Shown: piece by piece, positions 63,564 to 64,000 of the stretch
How the letters are laid out: each line of letters opens with the position of its first letter
Numbering within the stretch: the stretch's first letter is position 1
Notes under the pieces: model-generated
What the model saw: the letters and a program-made list of their open reading frames with translations, nothing else
Database searches by the model: none
What the model was told of the DNA's origin: nothing
Program-made: the position numbers and the translations under genes
NCBI RefSeq assembly: GCF_051873035.1
Contig: NZ_JBJEEL010000010.1
Coordinates: 5,129 to 69,128, forward strand
DNA: 64,000 nt
Direction: 5' to 3'
Origin: Limosilactobacillus sp.
Lineage (GTDB): Bacteria; Bacillota; Bacilli; Lactobacillales; Lactobacillaceae

Positions 63564-64000
63564 TAGTCCTTTGCCGCCTCCTTCTTTTTAGCAACCATCC
63601 CGTTAATGGCTTCGGCGTATGGTTTAAATTCACTAATACACTTGTTTAAGAAGCTAACGGTCCCATCATCAGTGATGTTCCCGTCATCATCAATTAAGTC
63701 CGCTACATTACTCATGAAGAATTCTTCCCCTTGGAAGACATGGGCATTAACCCCTGGGGAAATTAAAATATCCCGAAGTTGAACTTGGGAACGGGATGAA
63801 CCCTGTTCATGGGTTGACGCCCCAATAATCATGACAGGCTTATCTTCGAGCGGGTGTAACTCATAGGAGAGCCACTCGATGACACTTTTAAGTGCAGAAG
63901 TAATTGAGTGGTTGTACTCAGGACTAGCAATAATTACCGCATCGGCATCGGCCACGCGGCGGTCAATATCAGCAACGACATCGGGAGTCTTTCCCTTAAA
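63563..64000 (-). CDS. NAD(P)H-dependent FMN reductase (5' end outside the window)
   Basis: SPEYNHSITSALKS.IEWLS and GSSRSQ motifs; frame open to 64000; stop overlaps the next ATG. Confidence 0.88.
   Translation of the reverse strand, partial: FKGKTPDVVADIDRRVADADAVIIASPEYNHSITSALKSVIEWLSYELHPLEDKPVMIIGASTHEQGSSRSQVQLRDILISPGVNAHVFQGEEFFMSNVADLIDDDGNITDDGTVSFLNKCISEFKPYAEAINGMVAKKKEAAKD

Overview
Chromosomal core region of a heterofermentative lactobacillus. Gene content and order suggest Limosilactobacillus (inferred, not proven). Almost all genes lie on the minus strand. Contents in order: gpmA; a complete de novo purine cluster (purCSQLFMNHD, purEKB); an AraC/GH31/GPH sugar cassette; a frameshifted repeat-containing L,D-transpeptidase; fhs; alsS/alsD; cfa; pyrDFE; an OFA-family MFS permease; azlCD; a CroRS-like two-component system; an LCP protein; guaB; the deo operon; ychF and rsmG-noc-parA-parB; rihC/nupC; a Gly T-box permease; a polar amino-acid ABC transporter; serS; and an apbE plus two flavin-reductase genes at the right edge. 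I found no IS transposase, prophage, tRNA, rRNA or CRISPR array. Best leads: (1) a signal-peptide-less ApbE next to a flavin reductase-PAS protein whose acidic tail has four D-x-x-T-G-A-S flavinylation motifs and which has an internal in-frame start; (2) an apparently free-standing ~305-nt structured RNA with its own promoter, a 17-bp 5'/3' closing helix and a terminator, followed by a second tiny RNA unit; (3) a poly-G frameshift behind the signal peptide of the L,D-transpeptidase; (4) a modular MITE/REP-like repeat family; (5) PurR-box-like sites linking the OFA permease to purine one-carbon supply.
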